Part shown: positions 22,174-35,730 of the stretch, one piece after another
Numbering within the stretch: the first letter of the stretch is position 1
Layout of the letters: every line of letters begins with the position of its first letter
NCBI GenBank assembly: GCA_043228905.1
Contig: JBHGNT010000007.1
Span: 5,394,001 to 5,458,000 of the forward strand
DNA: 64,000 nt
Direction of reading: 5' to 3'
Origin: Azolla caroliniana
Taxonomy: Eukaryota; Plantae; Polypodiophyta
The notes under the pieces: generated by a model
What the model was told of the DNA's origin: nothing
Databases searched by the model: none
The model's input: only the letters and a program-made list of their open reading frames with translations
Made by a program: the position numbers and the translations under genes

Positions 22174-25100
22174 TTATTCCTCGTTTACCGGTTCGTCCTC
22201 CACCTCGGGTTGCTCGTCGTTGTTGTCCATGGCCCCTAGCTCCAGCTCACCGTCGTGTTGTTTCTTGAATGCTTTGATGCTCTTCCCCGCTACCGGTATT
22301 GCCATTCTCGTACCGTCGAGCTCCGCGAGATGGTACGTCCCATTGTCGTTGGCGCTTGTTACTACGTAAGGCCCGAACCACCTCCTCGCAAACTTCTGCC
22401 TGGCCCTGTGCTGATTGTCGAGGCTGCTGTCGTAGACTAGCACCCAATTGCCTTCCTCGATCTTCCTTGGCCGGAGCCGGTGTGTTCGGTCGAACCGGGC
22501 TTTGTTCCTTATCCTCGCTACCCGAAGTTTCTCCGCGGCTCGCTTTACGTCCTCCGGCCTCCGCTCGAGCTGTCGAATCCGCGCCGCCAATAGTTCCTCC
22601 TGGCTCATCTCATCCCTCTAGTCCACCGTGGCCAACGAGGAGATCGTTCGCTCTGTTGGCATGATCGGCTTCTGTCCGAACATAAGCTCTGCCGGCATGA
22701 ACCCGGTTACCGAACTGTGCGTAGTCCGGTCCGCCCACAAGGCATAAGGTAGCCGCCGTGGCCAGTTCCCGACTTGGCCTCTTCGGCCTCTTCTGCGTCC
22801 AACTCACCACGGTCAGCCACGATCTTCCCTACGCACCCGTATCGACATACTACGTCCTCAATAAAAAACTGGCACACGGCTGCATTCGTCTTGTTCTGCA
22901 GGGCTCGGCCTTCAACTTGGTTCGTTAGATCCTCCCGAGCGAACACCAGATATTGCATTTGTCCTACCCCCATTGGCATCGTCACCAAATCTACCATCCA
23001 CTTGAAGTGGACGGTTGGAGGGTAGGTCGGGTGAAGCTCGTCCCTGTGTCGGATCATGGAGTGCACCTGATAGCTTTTGCAAGTCATCACGAACCGATGC
23101 ACGTCCCGGTATAGTCCCGGCCACCAGTACTTCCCCTTTAGCTTTTCGAACGTGGCCCACATTCCATGGTGTCCAGCCCAAGGACTATCGTGGTACGCCG
23201 CCAGCAAATCCTCCTGTTCCTCCTTCTTCGCCACCACTCGGAGTGGGATGCCGTTCCTCTTCTTCGGGGTCTTCCATATGTACCCGTCCTGGAGAAAGAA
23301 TCGGTACGCTTTATTCCGAATCCTGTTGGCCTCATCCTTTGTCCATGCCGCGTCCGGTGTCATTGTTTTCAGGAACCTGCCGATCTGCAGCCACTCCCCG
23401 TTGTACTTGCTCTCGTTGAAATCGTTAAGCTTTGGAGTGCATTCCCTGCCGGTTGTTACGTAAGCCGCCTCGAAGAAGTCCACGCCGACTTCCTCGTCCT
23501 CCGAAACCATGCCGCCCTCGTTTTCGAACCTTGCCCTTGAAAGCATGTTGGCCATGGCATTGTCTTTCCCAGAAATGTGTCGTATTTCCGGATTCAGGGA
23601 CATGATGTACACTATCCACCTGAGCATTGCCAGGTCCAGCGTCGCGCATCCGGAAACCATGCCAAGAATTGGCAGGCAGTCCATCTCGATAATTACCTCT
23701 GTCCCGATCAGGTAGTCTTTATCGGCCTTTATCGCCGAAACGATACCCCAGAGCTCGCGTTTAACCTGGGCGTATCCTCGTTGTCGCTCGCTGAGGACCT
23801 TCGCGCCGAACCGGATCGGGAAATGCATGCCGTCCTCGTCCATCCGATCCCGGTCGGACTCGTGTCTACCGTTACGTAAATTGGAGTGTCCTTTCCGTAG
23901 ACAGCCTTTCGGAGCGCCGGAGCTGCAGCAAGTGCTTCCTTCATCTTTCGGACAGACTCTGTATGCTTGTCTCTCCACTCGAATTTTCGCCCCTTTTTCA
24001 GCGACCCGTATAACGGCTCCACGACGTGGGCGTAATGCGGGATCCATATGTGGTAGAACACGCATGCTCCCAAGAACCTCCGAACCTTCGTGACCGAGCT
24101 ACAGTCGTGCTTCATCGCGGAGATGGCTTCTACCTTAGCCGGAGACGGTTTCCGGCCGTACGACCTGCATAGGTGTCCGACGACCATGATCTCTGATTGC
24201 CTGAAGGCCGATTTTTCCCCGGAGAAGGTGAGTCTCGCACCCTCTAACCTCTGCAGCACCTTCTCGCAGTCATCGATGTGCGTTGCCACGAATTTCCGGC
24301 ACCCATCCGGTCCGATCGTCTCGTCCTTTTCCTCCACCGGGCATCCCTTGATCGGGACGTCGTCCAAAAACAGCATGGTGATGTCCGGGATACAATCCCT
24401 CAGCACCTTGTTCATTGCTTTGACCATGTGAGCCACCGAGTTCGTCCCTCCTTGCGGTAGGGTACACATCTGTACTAGGCCGAGAGGAGTTCGCATTGTC
24501 GTGATGTCTCTGCTCTCTATGGCTAGCTGGAACTGATCGTACCCCGAGTAGAGATCACCGACTGAGTAAATCGACCTTCCGGCGAAGGCCTCCGTGAACT
24601 CGTCTATTGTCGGTCCGATTCCTGCGTTTCGAATGGTCACCTTGTTGACCGGCTGTAGGTCTTGAATAAAGCGCAGCGTGCCGTCCTTCTTCGGCACGGT
24701 AAACCACCGATTCGAGTATGGGGCACTCGACGGTTCGAGGATGCCCATCTTGACCTTCTGCTTTAACAACTCCATCAGCTTCGGGATGTGAGCTCTGGGT
24801 ACTGGAATCGGTTTGAGACTCCACGGCACATGCGGTACCGTGAATATCACCATCGGTTCCACGACTGTCGGGTCTATGCACCCGATCTCCTCCGGTGAGA
24901 ATTCGAAAGCCTTCCCGTGCCTTCCGAGCATTCCCCGAAAACGGTCCTCTTCCGCCAGCAGTAGGAAGCCCCCCCCACCGATTTTGAGCTCACGTAGCGT
25001 TATGTCGGTGAACGTGTGTCCTATGTGGGCCGGATTTCGTAAACTCGGGTCCGACGCAACCCCCTTTATTCGCAACTCGCTGCCCTCTGGCAAGGGAGCT

Positions 25101-25528
25101 ACGACTGGCCTCACCTTCCGGTCCACAGTCTTGTACCTCCTGTCCACCCGGGCCGTCCGATCCGACTCAAGCCCTCTACTGAAGTCCGCGATGACTTCGT
25201 ACATCCTTTCCGAACATACCAAAATCGTCCGGTCCTCTTTAAGGACTCCTCCGACTACCTCTCGCAGTTCCCCCAAGGTATCGTCGAAAGAGACTGCCTC
25301 CACGGCTCCGTTGATTTCCTCTCCAGGGCCGAGGATACCACATGCTCGAAGTCGCTCCTCCGCCCTTTTCTTCTTCCGGCCAACGACGTCGACTATCGTA
25401 CACCCTCCGTTGTCGGAGAACCAAAATTTCCTACTTATAGTACAGGTCTTCTTCGCTATCGTACACTTGTGGGGTTTTCCCGGAGTGTCCGGACTATCGC
25501 GGCCCCACGCCTTGATAGCCCTCTCTAA
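22174..25528 (-). pseudogene. Pol (RT-RNase H-integrase), frameshifted and partly deleted
   Basis: RT motifs DLYSGYDQF, LPQGGTNS, FLDD; RH VTVDTSPTG; IN HDSPWAGHHG..C, WMVDLV, ADRGE, WFGPYVV. Deletion near 22780 relative to the copy at 56299-56757. Confidence 0.9.
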
Positions 25529-27588
25529 AAATCCTCTCGGCTTTCGCCCCCGAGGGTCTCGCGGTTCCGCTCATGGTTCAGTCTCACCGTCAGGAACTGG
25601 ACCGAGTGACGCCCATCCTGGCTCTTGACCCTTGCATAGGCTGAGCCGTTGTCCAACACCTTGGTCTCCATCCGTGCTGCCGTGATGTACGGTTCTCCTA
25701 GTATAACCGGATGTGAGGACATCTCCTGCACGAAGAAGTGTTGGTCAATCTCGACATCGCCGATCTTTACTCGTACATTCGGGCAAGCTCCATGCAGTTC
25801 TTCGGTGGCACGCGTTGCTGCCCGAATTTTCCACCCATGCTTGGTGTTGATCGGCCATTTCCCCTTCTTGTAGAAGTCCATGGACATCAAATTGATTTCT
25901 GAACCGTGGTCCACCAACGCCATCACCGGTTCATGAACATCTCTGATCTTCACGGGAGTCTCTGTGGTCGTTCTGGCCCAGTGCGGCCTCGAATAGTGGC
26001 TCTCTGCCAACTCATCTTCCAGCGCCATGTCCTCTATGTGCGTTGTCCGCACCTCCACCGGCTTCTCCGGTTCTGTCTTCGTCGACAACCTCTTCCTCTT
26101 CACCAAGTCTATGATGGAGTCGTGGAACTCCTTCTTGGCGATTTCGAGCACTTCCCTCAGCGACAGTTCCACCTTGCTGTCGAGGATTCGTTCTTCCAGG
26201 ACCTTTCACAGGTCCGTGGATCTTTCAATTTTTGTGCCCAGCCGGTACCCGCCCCTCTTGGGATTATCCTAGGCGCCGGTTACACCGGCCTCATTCTGCC
26301 TTTGCCCGAATCGAATTTCATATCGTTGCGAGGGCCGACCCCTCCGGATTTTCCTACCTGCTTGTCCTCCACCAGAGCCTCGTAGTTTTGACAAGCGGCT
26401 TCGACGAAGCCTGTCTTTTCTTCCACCGGGTCACTCCACCCGGTTACCTCCCGGACCCGTTTTCCCGCGCGGTTCGCCTCTTCTTTCCTTAGTCGTGCGC
26501 CGACGAGGCCTTCTAGCATTGTCGGCCAGAACCCGGCTTTGTTCGTCTTCGGGGCCTCGCCACCTCCGACCCGAATACCAGCTGACGCCGAGTAGTGGAC
26601 GGTCTCCGCGTGGCGAGCCGCCTCCTCCTCCATCAGCCTTTTCATACCTCCTCCCCCGACGTTTAGGTTTAGGGCCCTTCGGGTCTCGTTGGCGTGCACC
26701 CGACCGTTCCACAGGTACACCACATTGCTTCTCATCGCCTCGGCGAAGTCCCCGCAGTCCTTCTGGATGTGGCCAACCGTGTCACACCACATGCACCTGT
26801 GTCCAGCCAGAGGTCGTCGGTCACAGGCCTGTTCGCCACCATCCCTCTGTGCCTAGGCGATCTGGAGATCCTCCAGAGCTGCTCCCTCGGACGAGCCCTT
26901 GACCATGCCGGTCGAAGCCGATCCGGTCTCGAGCCAATCTCGGGTCTCTTCCCTTCGCGTTGGTGGTGTTGGCTCGAGCTTCCTTGCTGCGACAGAGCCC
27001 TCCCTTGTCGATCCTTTGTCAACCCATTCCCGCCATTTGTCGAAACGGCCACAGACCCTCTTCACCACTGCCCAGTCGGCCGTCATCCCGCTCGTCAACT
27101 GACTTAACAAACAATAGGACAGAACTTGTCTCCAGAATGGTCCGGTCAATCACCGAGAGGCGCGCGAAGCGTTCCTCAAACTCCCGGAGGAGCACCGACG
27201 CGTTCCTTCCTTTGTCGGGGGTCTCAACCCACTCCATGAAGTCCCACTTCGAAAGTCGAAGCGCATCTTCAAGCCCGTATTTTTTTATGAGCCGACCTTC
27301 GAACTCCAGCCAGGTCCGGCTCTCGGCCCGTACCTCGAGCACCTCCGTATGGATGCCTGACATCGCCACTCGAGGGAATCTGGCTAGACGCCTCTCTTCC
27401 GGAATGTCCCTCATTACCATCTCAGCCCGGTAGGACGCCAAGTAGTTCGTGGCATCCTTCCCACTAAACCGGCCGATCGTACCGACAACCGCCTCGATAG
27501 CCCTATCAAGGGCGCCGGTGCCTTCGCGCGCACTCACTATACGGTCCACAGCCGAAGCCATGGCTTCTGCGAGGTTCGACCCCCTCAT
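25525..27588 (-). pseudogene. Gag-protease ORF, frameshifted
   Basis: GRFSGKD gag, zinc knuckle CMWCDTVGHIQKDC, protease ALVDHGSEINLM...ILGEPY; ends REDF*. Confidence 0.85.
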
Positions 27589-29793
27589 CGTCTACTCCTC
27601 TGCCGCCTGTTCACGTTGGGTTCACCAAAAGATGTCACATTGTTACGCGCGTGCGTGGAGAACAAGGCGGGATCACTGGGGTCTTGGACCGAGGAATAGG
27701 TGAGAAAAGGGAGAGAGAGAGAGACACGCTCACACACGTATAGACAAAGAAGCGCACGGGAACGCGGCCAACAACATAGGAGACACGAGTTGAGCAGGAG
27801 ATAGAGTATAAGAACACTAGTGTGTATATAAATATATGTATGTATTTGTATGTATGCAGATGACTCAAACGGTTATAGCCGATCAGGTCGGCGAGATGGA
27901 TGCCGACGCCTGATCACCCACGCACACAGGGGAGCAAGATGGAGATTCTACCGCAAGCACACGGGCGTTTCACGGAGCCGAATCAGCCTCTTGAGAACCT
28001 GCGCAAAAGAAAGTTATGGAGAACGATAGAGAAGAAGAGCTCGGTCCCAGTTCGATAGCACTTCATCCCCTCTAGCGCGCGATACCTTCTCTCCCCGTCT
28101 CCCTCTCTTTTATAGCTGAAGGAGGGAGGCCGTTTCACCCGTTTACATCACATTAATTCTCTGTCCTTTCGGATAGAGATACTCCTCGATTCTCCCTATA
28201 GAATATTGCTACCTAGGATTCGACTTTTGTGCCTACCTATCTACTATACAACAAGGGGTGTGCCCACGTGTAAGGGCCGGTTCACACACGCTATACGCGG
28301 TTTGCGCCTGGGGACGGTTTTCTTCATGACAGCGTTTTGGGGTCACCTAAGGAACGAAGAACGAATGCGCATTCGGGGAACGATAACGGCACACGGGAAG
28401 AGCCTGCGGAAGGCAAGCGCGGAGCAGAGAGAGTCGGCACGCGGAGGTGTTTGGGACGCGGAAAAGATCGAACCAAGGGAGGGACATGCGCGACACGCAA
28501 GGCGCGGAATCCGGCGTACAACCGAAGTGACCAGGGGTGCGTTCGGAGAACATACACAGTGGACAAAGGAGGGGTGACTGGATCGGCAACGATGTTCAGG
28601 AGGACCGATTGGGGAAGAAGGCGCGAACGCGGGATATGGGTGGGGTCGATAAGGAGCCGGCGAGACGGTCAGGTGCCGGTAAGGCGGAGGACCAGGTTAA
28701 TCACCACCGCTGAAATCTCTCATCCTTTTCCTTTCTTGGCACATACCGGTGGATGTGCGGTTTGGTGGGGGTGGATGTCGCGAAGATTTCCGGCTATAGT
28801 GTGAAACTAGGGTGGAAGGGCAATTCGGTGGTGTGCAACATGTGCACATGTATAGTAGGAAACGGTGTATAGAATAAGGGGGAGTATTTATCCCACATTG
28901 TAACGCCCTCCCTTCCTTGGTCTATAAAAGGAGGGAGGGGTCTCTTGTGAAAGGGTTGCCCATTTTGAGTTAGGGAAGGTAAACCACTTAGGTCTAGGGT
29001 TTGGTAGTGTTCTTCCTCTTCCTCTTATTCTTGTTTCCTTAGGGTTTCTACTTTGGTCTTTTCACTCTATTTCGTTTAGGGTTTATTCTTCTCCTTCGTG
29101 TCTATTTAGGGTTTAGCTCGGTGAAGAGCTTGTATGTTCAGTGGGGTTTGCTTTTGCTCAGTCTCCTGTGCAAGACCTCGATCGGCGCGATGAGCCCAAG
29201 AGCTCTCCGATCGGTGGCTTGGAAGCAGGCGGTAGTTGCAATCTAACCTACCTTGGTCCGGCTCGAAGCCGACATTGTATCTTGCTCCTTATAAAGGGTT
29301 GTGCATATTTGTGTCTATGTTGGTGTCGGGTGCGTTCCTTTCCGTTTGTTTCCTGTACATAAGAGGCATGTGTTGAGTCGGTATTACACGCGTGGTCTCT
29401 CTCTCTCTTCCTCTCTCATGTTCGGTAGCCGCCGGTACGCGTCCGGAATAACTCCGGGGTGCGCCACGACTAGTGTAGCCGGGACTGAAGAGAAGTCGGC
29501 TTCTCGACTCCCATCTCTTCTTCATCTGAGACCCTCGTGGTACCGCCCCTTCCTACACGTACCCGTGGATTACTGCGATAACGTTACCTAAGGACGAGGA
29601 ACAACGTTTTCGCCAGGCAATCCAGTGCACGATTTGGTTAAATTCTGGGCATTCCCCAGTTGAATGCAACATGCGAATCCACTGGCCAATCTGGCACTCG
29701 AAAGCTCACACGATCGAGCAGTGTGAGTACAATATGTTGAACAGATCCACGCCCACAATACGAAGCATGGAAACACAATGCCCCCCTCGCCGT

Positions 29794-32700
29794 TGTTGTA
29801 GGTTTTTAGGGTTAGGGTTAATGAGAATGATAATGATGATGATTGATGATGACGAAGATAAACATGGTGAAATAGCAAAGATGATGAAGAGTATGATGGT
29901 GAGAGAGATTGACATGAAGATGTTGAGAATTATTGAGAAGCATCGCGGGGTAAGGATGACATTGATGAGCATTGCGGGGTGGGGGGTGGTGCCTAGAATG
30001 GCTCCACCCCCCTCAACGTTTAGGGGGAGAGAGAGAGAGAGAGAGAGAGATGAAAAGAGAGATAGAGAGAAATGTTCATTCATTCATTCATTCCCCATAA
30101 AGGGGTTAAATAATACAAGAGGGGGTAGATACAAAGGGGTGTAAGCCCCTTAGAGCATTCATATTGGACACTCACTCACACCTCATCGTATCCCTCCACA
30201 TGCACACACGTGTGCATGTGTTCACATACATATCGACTCACAATTACATTTATGTTCCCTACACATATACAACATCATCATGATAATATTCGACCCTCGC
30301 TCATCACACTTGACTCTCCGTACAGCTCGTACGGGGTAACACAATATGGCACGCCCGTGGGAAAGTGCCTTGCACGTCGATCCCACATGCCTTGATGACT
30401 ATATCTCTTCGACCGGAACTTCCATCGGTCCTTTCAACGATCGACTCCCTCGATCGGAGCGCTTGACTCGATCATCTCCATCGGTTAGCGACTTTTCCGT
30501 GACACGAACATTCTCATTCTGTCGTCTTACAAACTTTGGTATCCTCTTTCGGGTCCTTAAAAATGTTGTGTGTATGTATGTTATTCTTTGTTGATTTTGT
30601 GAGTTGTCGTGGTCGATCACGTCCATTTCTTTAGGTGGATGAGATTTCAAAATTTCATAGGTGCCCTTTGATTTTTAAAATTTTCTTATATACCCTCAGG
30701 TTTTTACAATTATGTTTGATACCCTCATGTATCTAGAATTCCAATAGTGCCCTTAGGTTTGTTTTTCGAAATTTCTTGGATGTCCTCAGTTTCCAAAATC
30801 CGAGGATGCTCCGTATGGTTATCTTTTTCCCTCCCTCTCTCACACTCTTGCCTCTTTGCAAACCCTAATTTTTCTACTCAATCTTTCTCTTTTTATTTTT
30901 TTGTTTCCTCTCTTTCTCTTCCTCTTTTTCTTTCGCTTGTTTTTCTCTTTCTTTTCTGTTTTTACATATCCCGTCAGCCTCCTGTCAGGTCTCTGCCTGA
31001 GGTGGTGGTTGTTTCACCATTCCGGCCACTGGCCGGCTATTCTGATTGTGTCGGCTACTCCTGCCACTCCATCTCTGTCTCCGGCTCCGTTGCCATCCAG
31101 CCCATCGTTTCGGCAACTCTGGCTGTCTATTTAGGGATTCAGGCCACCGCTGCTATCTAGCCGCCGCTGTGCATTGAGACCATCATCTGGCCGTTGCTTT
31201 CCTTGGTCGCTGTTCAGCCGCTTCGGCCGCTGATTTTTGGCTATCGCCGCCCTTTGTCCGGCTATCACCACTTCATCTCACCGGCCATTCCCTCCGGCCG
31301 TCGATTGCTGTCCGGCCATCCGCTGTCCACTCGTATCTCCAACCATTTTCATCTCCCATCTCTGTGTCCATCTGGCCCGTCCGATTACTCTTCCGCGGTT
31401 GTCCCACCGTCGGTCCGGCGATCTCCATCGTACGGCCCGTTCGTCCATCCACCCGGTATGGTCGACGGTCCGGTCGATGTCTGGCCGTCTCCATCTTAGT
31501 CGTTGTCCGGCGTTGTCCATTTGTCCAGTCCGGCCGCCTTCGTTTCGATGTTGTTCGGCCACTCTGACCGATGTTCTGCCATTCCGGTCGCTCTTGCCGC
31601 TCTCCGGTCACTCCGGCCGCTCCGACTTCTATCTGGCCACTCTGCCCGCTCTTCGGCCACTGTCCGACCGTCGTTGCTTTGGTTGTTGTTCGGCCAGTGC
31701 CACTATTGGGCTATTGTGAGGCCGACGCCGCTGTCTTTGTCAGGGGCATCCGGTTGCCGCCACTCCGTCCGTTGCTATTCGACCACCGCTCCGGCCATTG
31801 GTTGTCTGCCCACCACAATCCGGTGATCGTCCTGGCTTCATCATCATTTCGGCCATTCAGCCCATCCGGTCATGTTTGTCTCTGTCCGACCAGGCCGCTA
31901 CTGGTCAGCCACCACTCTATCCGTTGGTATGTGGCCACCGCCATCCGATCGTTGTCATTCTGGTCGTTGTTTGTCAGTTCTCTGTCCAGCCCGTCTAGCC
32001 ATTCCAACCGCTGCTGTCGTCCTTGACTTGCCGTCTTCGTTTTCCATGGCTGTGCATTTCGGCTGTCGTCTCCATCTATTTGTTGTTGACTATTTTAGCA
32101 ATGGTGACCCTAATGATTATGATTACAACGAAGAATAACCACACATTCCTTCATATGCATCATCTTGGAGATCATGGTTTATGAACAAACGATGCTTATT
32201 ATGAGTGCCACCATGATATGAATCATGCTCACATGCGTTGTGGCGGTTAATGTAGGTGTTAGTATCAGGGTTAGTATAAGGGCTAGAGGCACGCACTTAG
32301 GGTTAGTACACGAAGAGTTTAGGCTAAACTCATAAGGCCCATGGGTGTAGAAGAAACTAGGGCTAGGGTATCCAAAGACCAAAAATGATGATAATGCTCA
32401 GAGACATCATCAATCTACCATTTTCATCATTTCTCGCACATTTCTTGTACATTGTCGGTTTGTATCGCCGTGTATCATTCTTCGACTCCGTTTCCAAAGG
32501 GGGGTTGCCTTAGTGGTCGCCAAAAGGTGTTGTAGGTTTTTAGGGTTAGGGTTAATGAGAATGATAATGATGATGATTGATGATGACGAAGATAGACATG
32601 GTGAAATAGCAAAGATGATGAAGAGTATGATGGTGAGAGAGATTGACATGAAGATGTTGAGAATTATTGAGAAGCATCGCGGGGTAAGGATGACATTGAT

Positions 32701-33023
32701 GAGCATTGCGGGGTGGGGAGTGGTGCCTAGAATGGCTCCACCCCCCTCTGAAGGGGGTTCAACGTTGAGGGGGAGAGAGAGAGAGAGAGAGAGAGATGAA
32801 AAGAGAGATAGAGAGAAATGTTCATTCATTCATTCATTCCCCATAAAGGGGTTAAATAATACAAGAGGGGGTAGATACAAAGGGGTGTAAGCCCCCTAGA
32901 GCATTCATATTGGACACTCACTCACACCTCATCGTATCCCTCCACATGCACACACGTGTGCATGTGTTCACATACATATCGACTCACAATTACATTTATG
33001 TTTCCTACACATATACAACATCA
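29794..33023 (-). mobile_element. Non-coding LTR element (LARD/TRIM-like, ~3.2 kb)
   Basis: Near-identical LTRs 29794-30277 and 32528-33023 (TGTTGTA...TACAACA). PBS-like TGGCGACCAC (tRNA-Arg) on the minus strand at 32513-32522. Interior is CGGCC-rich with no recognisable protein. Interrupts the host gag with duplicated cgt. Confidence 0.78.
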
Positions 33024-35676
33024 CGTATGGGGTAACAACCGTAATGAGCAAAGCCGCCAAGAAGAACAACCCCGGTATATGGATCGGAACCCACGCGATG
33101 ACCGACATTACCGGAATCGCCGGAATAACAACGATTCCGAGGAAGAAGAGCCGGAGGATGAAGACTACCGAGCCAACCATAGATATAGTAAAGGAGGCCG
33201 ACGCTACGAGAATTACCCTCCGACGAACAAACGGGGTGGCTTCAATGGGCCTCGCGGGAAACATCGTCAGTATCAGGACCAACAGCGGTACGACAAAAGT
33301 TCGGACAATGACCAGCACCAAGAACCGCGCCGGGACCAACAACCACCACCGCGTACGCTGAGAAGAATGAATTAGGACTGGGAGGAGCAAGTCACACCCG
33401 GGGATCAGCACGCACCAGCAATTGCCGAGGAAGGCGAATCTAGCGTCCATTGTTTTGTTTGGCAACAACCAGGACATTATGCCACACAATGTCCACTACG
33501 CAAAGGCAAGGGGCCCGCCGTCAATACGATTATGGCGGAAGTCCAGCAAGTCACGACACGACAACAAACAAAAAATGATGGTTGGGCCGCGCAAGATGAG
33601 ATACGTCAGACGGCCCAAGCATGGGTAGAAAAAGCGAACGCGGCAAATACGAAACGCATGCAGAAGGAGTCCGCGAACAATGTGGAGCCTTCGGAGGAAG
33701 ATGTAATATCTCCGGATCCCTTATGGCAACCATTGGCAGGCTGCGAGATAACATTGACCATGGAGAAGCTACTTCAACTAGTCCCACGGTTCCGTCAGGC
33801 TGTGGAGGATCGCATAACGGGTAGACCTGGGGTAGGCGTCTTCGCCAATTTTACGGACATCAGCGTCGGACCATCAGTGGTGGATCACCACAATCTGGCT
33901 ATTAAGTTGATATTACACAGTCAGGAAATCACAGGATGCGTAATTGACGACAGCTTTTGCGTCAATGTAATTAGCGCGAAGACATGCGAACAATTGGGAA
34001 TTTCAAAATGGGAAGCTTGCCCGTTTTGGCTTCGCATGGCGGATACCCGCTCAGTGCAGCCTTTAGGCTTAATACGCAAGTTAGGCATTATCATTGGAGG
34101 ACATCGCTTCGACATCTCGGCGGTGGTCCTCGCCCTCGACGCCCCAGGAGCGTATCCTATGCTGCGTGGTAGACCGTGGCATCGTTCAACGAATATCAAA
34201 CCGAGCTAGCAGCATAAGTGCATCAGCTTTCGACGCGGACGCACCAAGGTTTGCGTACCAATAGAGGAAATGGTGAAACAACCCAAGGGCATCACACTGT
34301 TATACGTGGAAGATATAAATATGTTGGCTGGGGTGGATGATACAAAATTAGAAGTATACTTAGACGAGCACCCCCGAATCATTCCGCTATTTGAAATCAA
34401 CGTCATAGAAACTGCGGCTTATGAACCAGACCCAGAGTCAATATTAGACCTAAGCAGAGCACGAGCGGCGTTCGAGAAGGGAATGGAAATTTCATGACGA
34501 GTCACGGCCTCAACCCTAGAAGAAATAAACATGGGTACAGAATCAGAGCCCCGATTCCTCTCCATCGCAAAAGAATTACTGTCGGATCAGAGAGACGCGA
34601 TGATAGCACTACTCAGGAAGTATAAAGATGTGTTCGCTTGGTCCCACGAGGACATGAAGGGATTAGATCTAAAGTTCTATCAACATAAGATCAATTTAGC
34701 GACCGACACAAAATTGGTCCAACAACGTTCATACCGTATGAACCCAAACTACATAGCTCGCGTAAAAGGAGAAATTGACAAACTCCTCAAGGCCGGATTC
34801 ATTCGACCAGTCAAACAAGCTACATGGCTAAGCCCAATAGTAGTCGTACCAAAGAAAAATGGCAAAATACGTGTATGCATGGACTACCGGAAATTGAACG
34901 CGGTCACCATTACCGACGCATTCCCTTTACCATTCACCGATAACGTACTGGACACCGTCGTCGGGCATGACACGTAGAGCTTTTTAGATGGCTTCAGTGG
35001 GTACAATCAAGTACGCATGCACTTCGACGACCAAGAAAAGACGACGTTTGTCACACACCAGTCGTACAGCCACCAGTTTGGGCGAAGCCATTTCACGTGT
35101 TCGTGGATGCCTCAGACATAGCAATAGGTACTGCGTTGATGCAGCTCACGGAGCCGAATTGGTACCGACCAGTGTACTACACTAGTCGGAAACTATCAAC
35201 GGCTGCGCATACCTATTCCACAAGGGAACGGGAAGCATTGGGTATGATATAGAACATCAATAAATTCCGGCATTATCTGCTCGGGCGGAAATTCACGTTT
35301 CTCGTGGATCATACGACATTGCTATATCTGGTAGGGAAACATGTTAGGAAACAGGTCCCTCCGGATGGGAAGTGAGAAGAACAGTGTTGAAACCGGATGT
35401 GGTGTACCAGGCTACGGAAGACCCGGTGAGAACCGGATGTGGAGTACCCGACAACGGAAGACCCGGTGAGAACCGGATGTGGAGTACCCGGCTACGGAAG
35501 ACCCGGTGAGAAGTACTCACTGGATGAAGGGACATATTCGTAAATATGTTTTATGAGAGTCCATCGGGGCTATATTTGTAAATAGCCGAAAAGTCATATT
35601 AGTATAAATATGACTTAGGGCAAACTTAATTGTAGTCGTCATTCTTGTCGGTGCAAGATTTGAGTGCGTAACTGTG

Positions 35677-35730
<54 letters not shown>

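Larger units (their letters stand above)
21397..28331 (-). mobile_element. Full-length autonomous-type Trp-primed Ty3/Gypsy element (decayed)
   Basis: LTRs 21397-22097 and 27633-28331 (TG...CA); PBS 27611-27627; PPT 22098-22109; flanks acgt/gcgt; domain order gag-PR-RT-RH-IN. Confidence 0.92.
18585..29580 (+). mobile_element. Non-autonomous gag-only Trp-primed Gypsy element (copy 2) containing a nested autonomous element
   Basis: LTRs 18585-19381 and 28776-29580; PBS 19386-19402; PPT ggtgggggtgga; flanks gcgt/acgt; frameshifted GRFNGD gag at 19420-20846. Confidence 0.85.

Noticed and set aside
29671-30144. Met-rich/hydrophobic ORFs (duplicated at 32410-32890) suggesting a membrane protein
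   Set aside because: Translation of GAT/ATG- and GA-rich LTR sequence.
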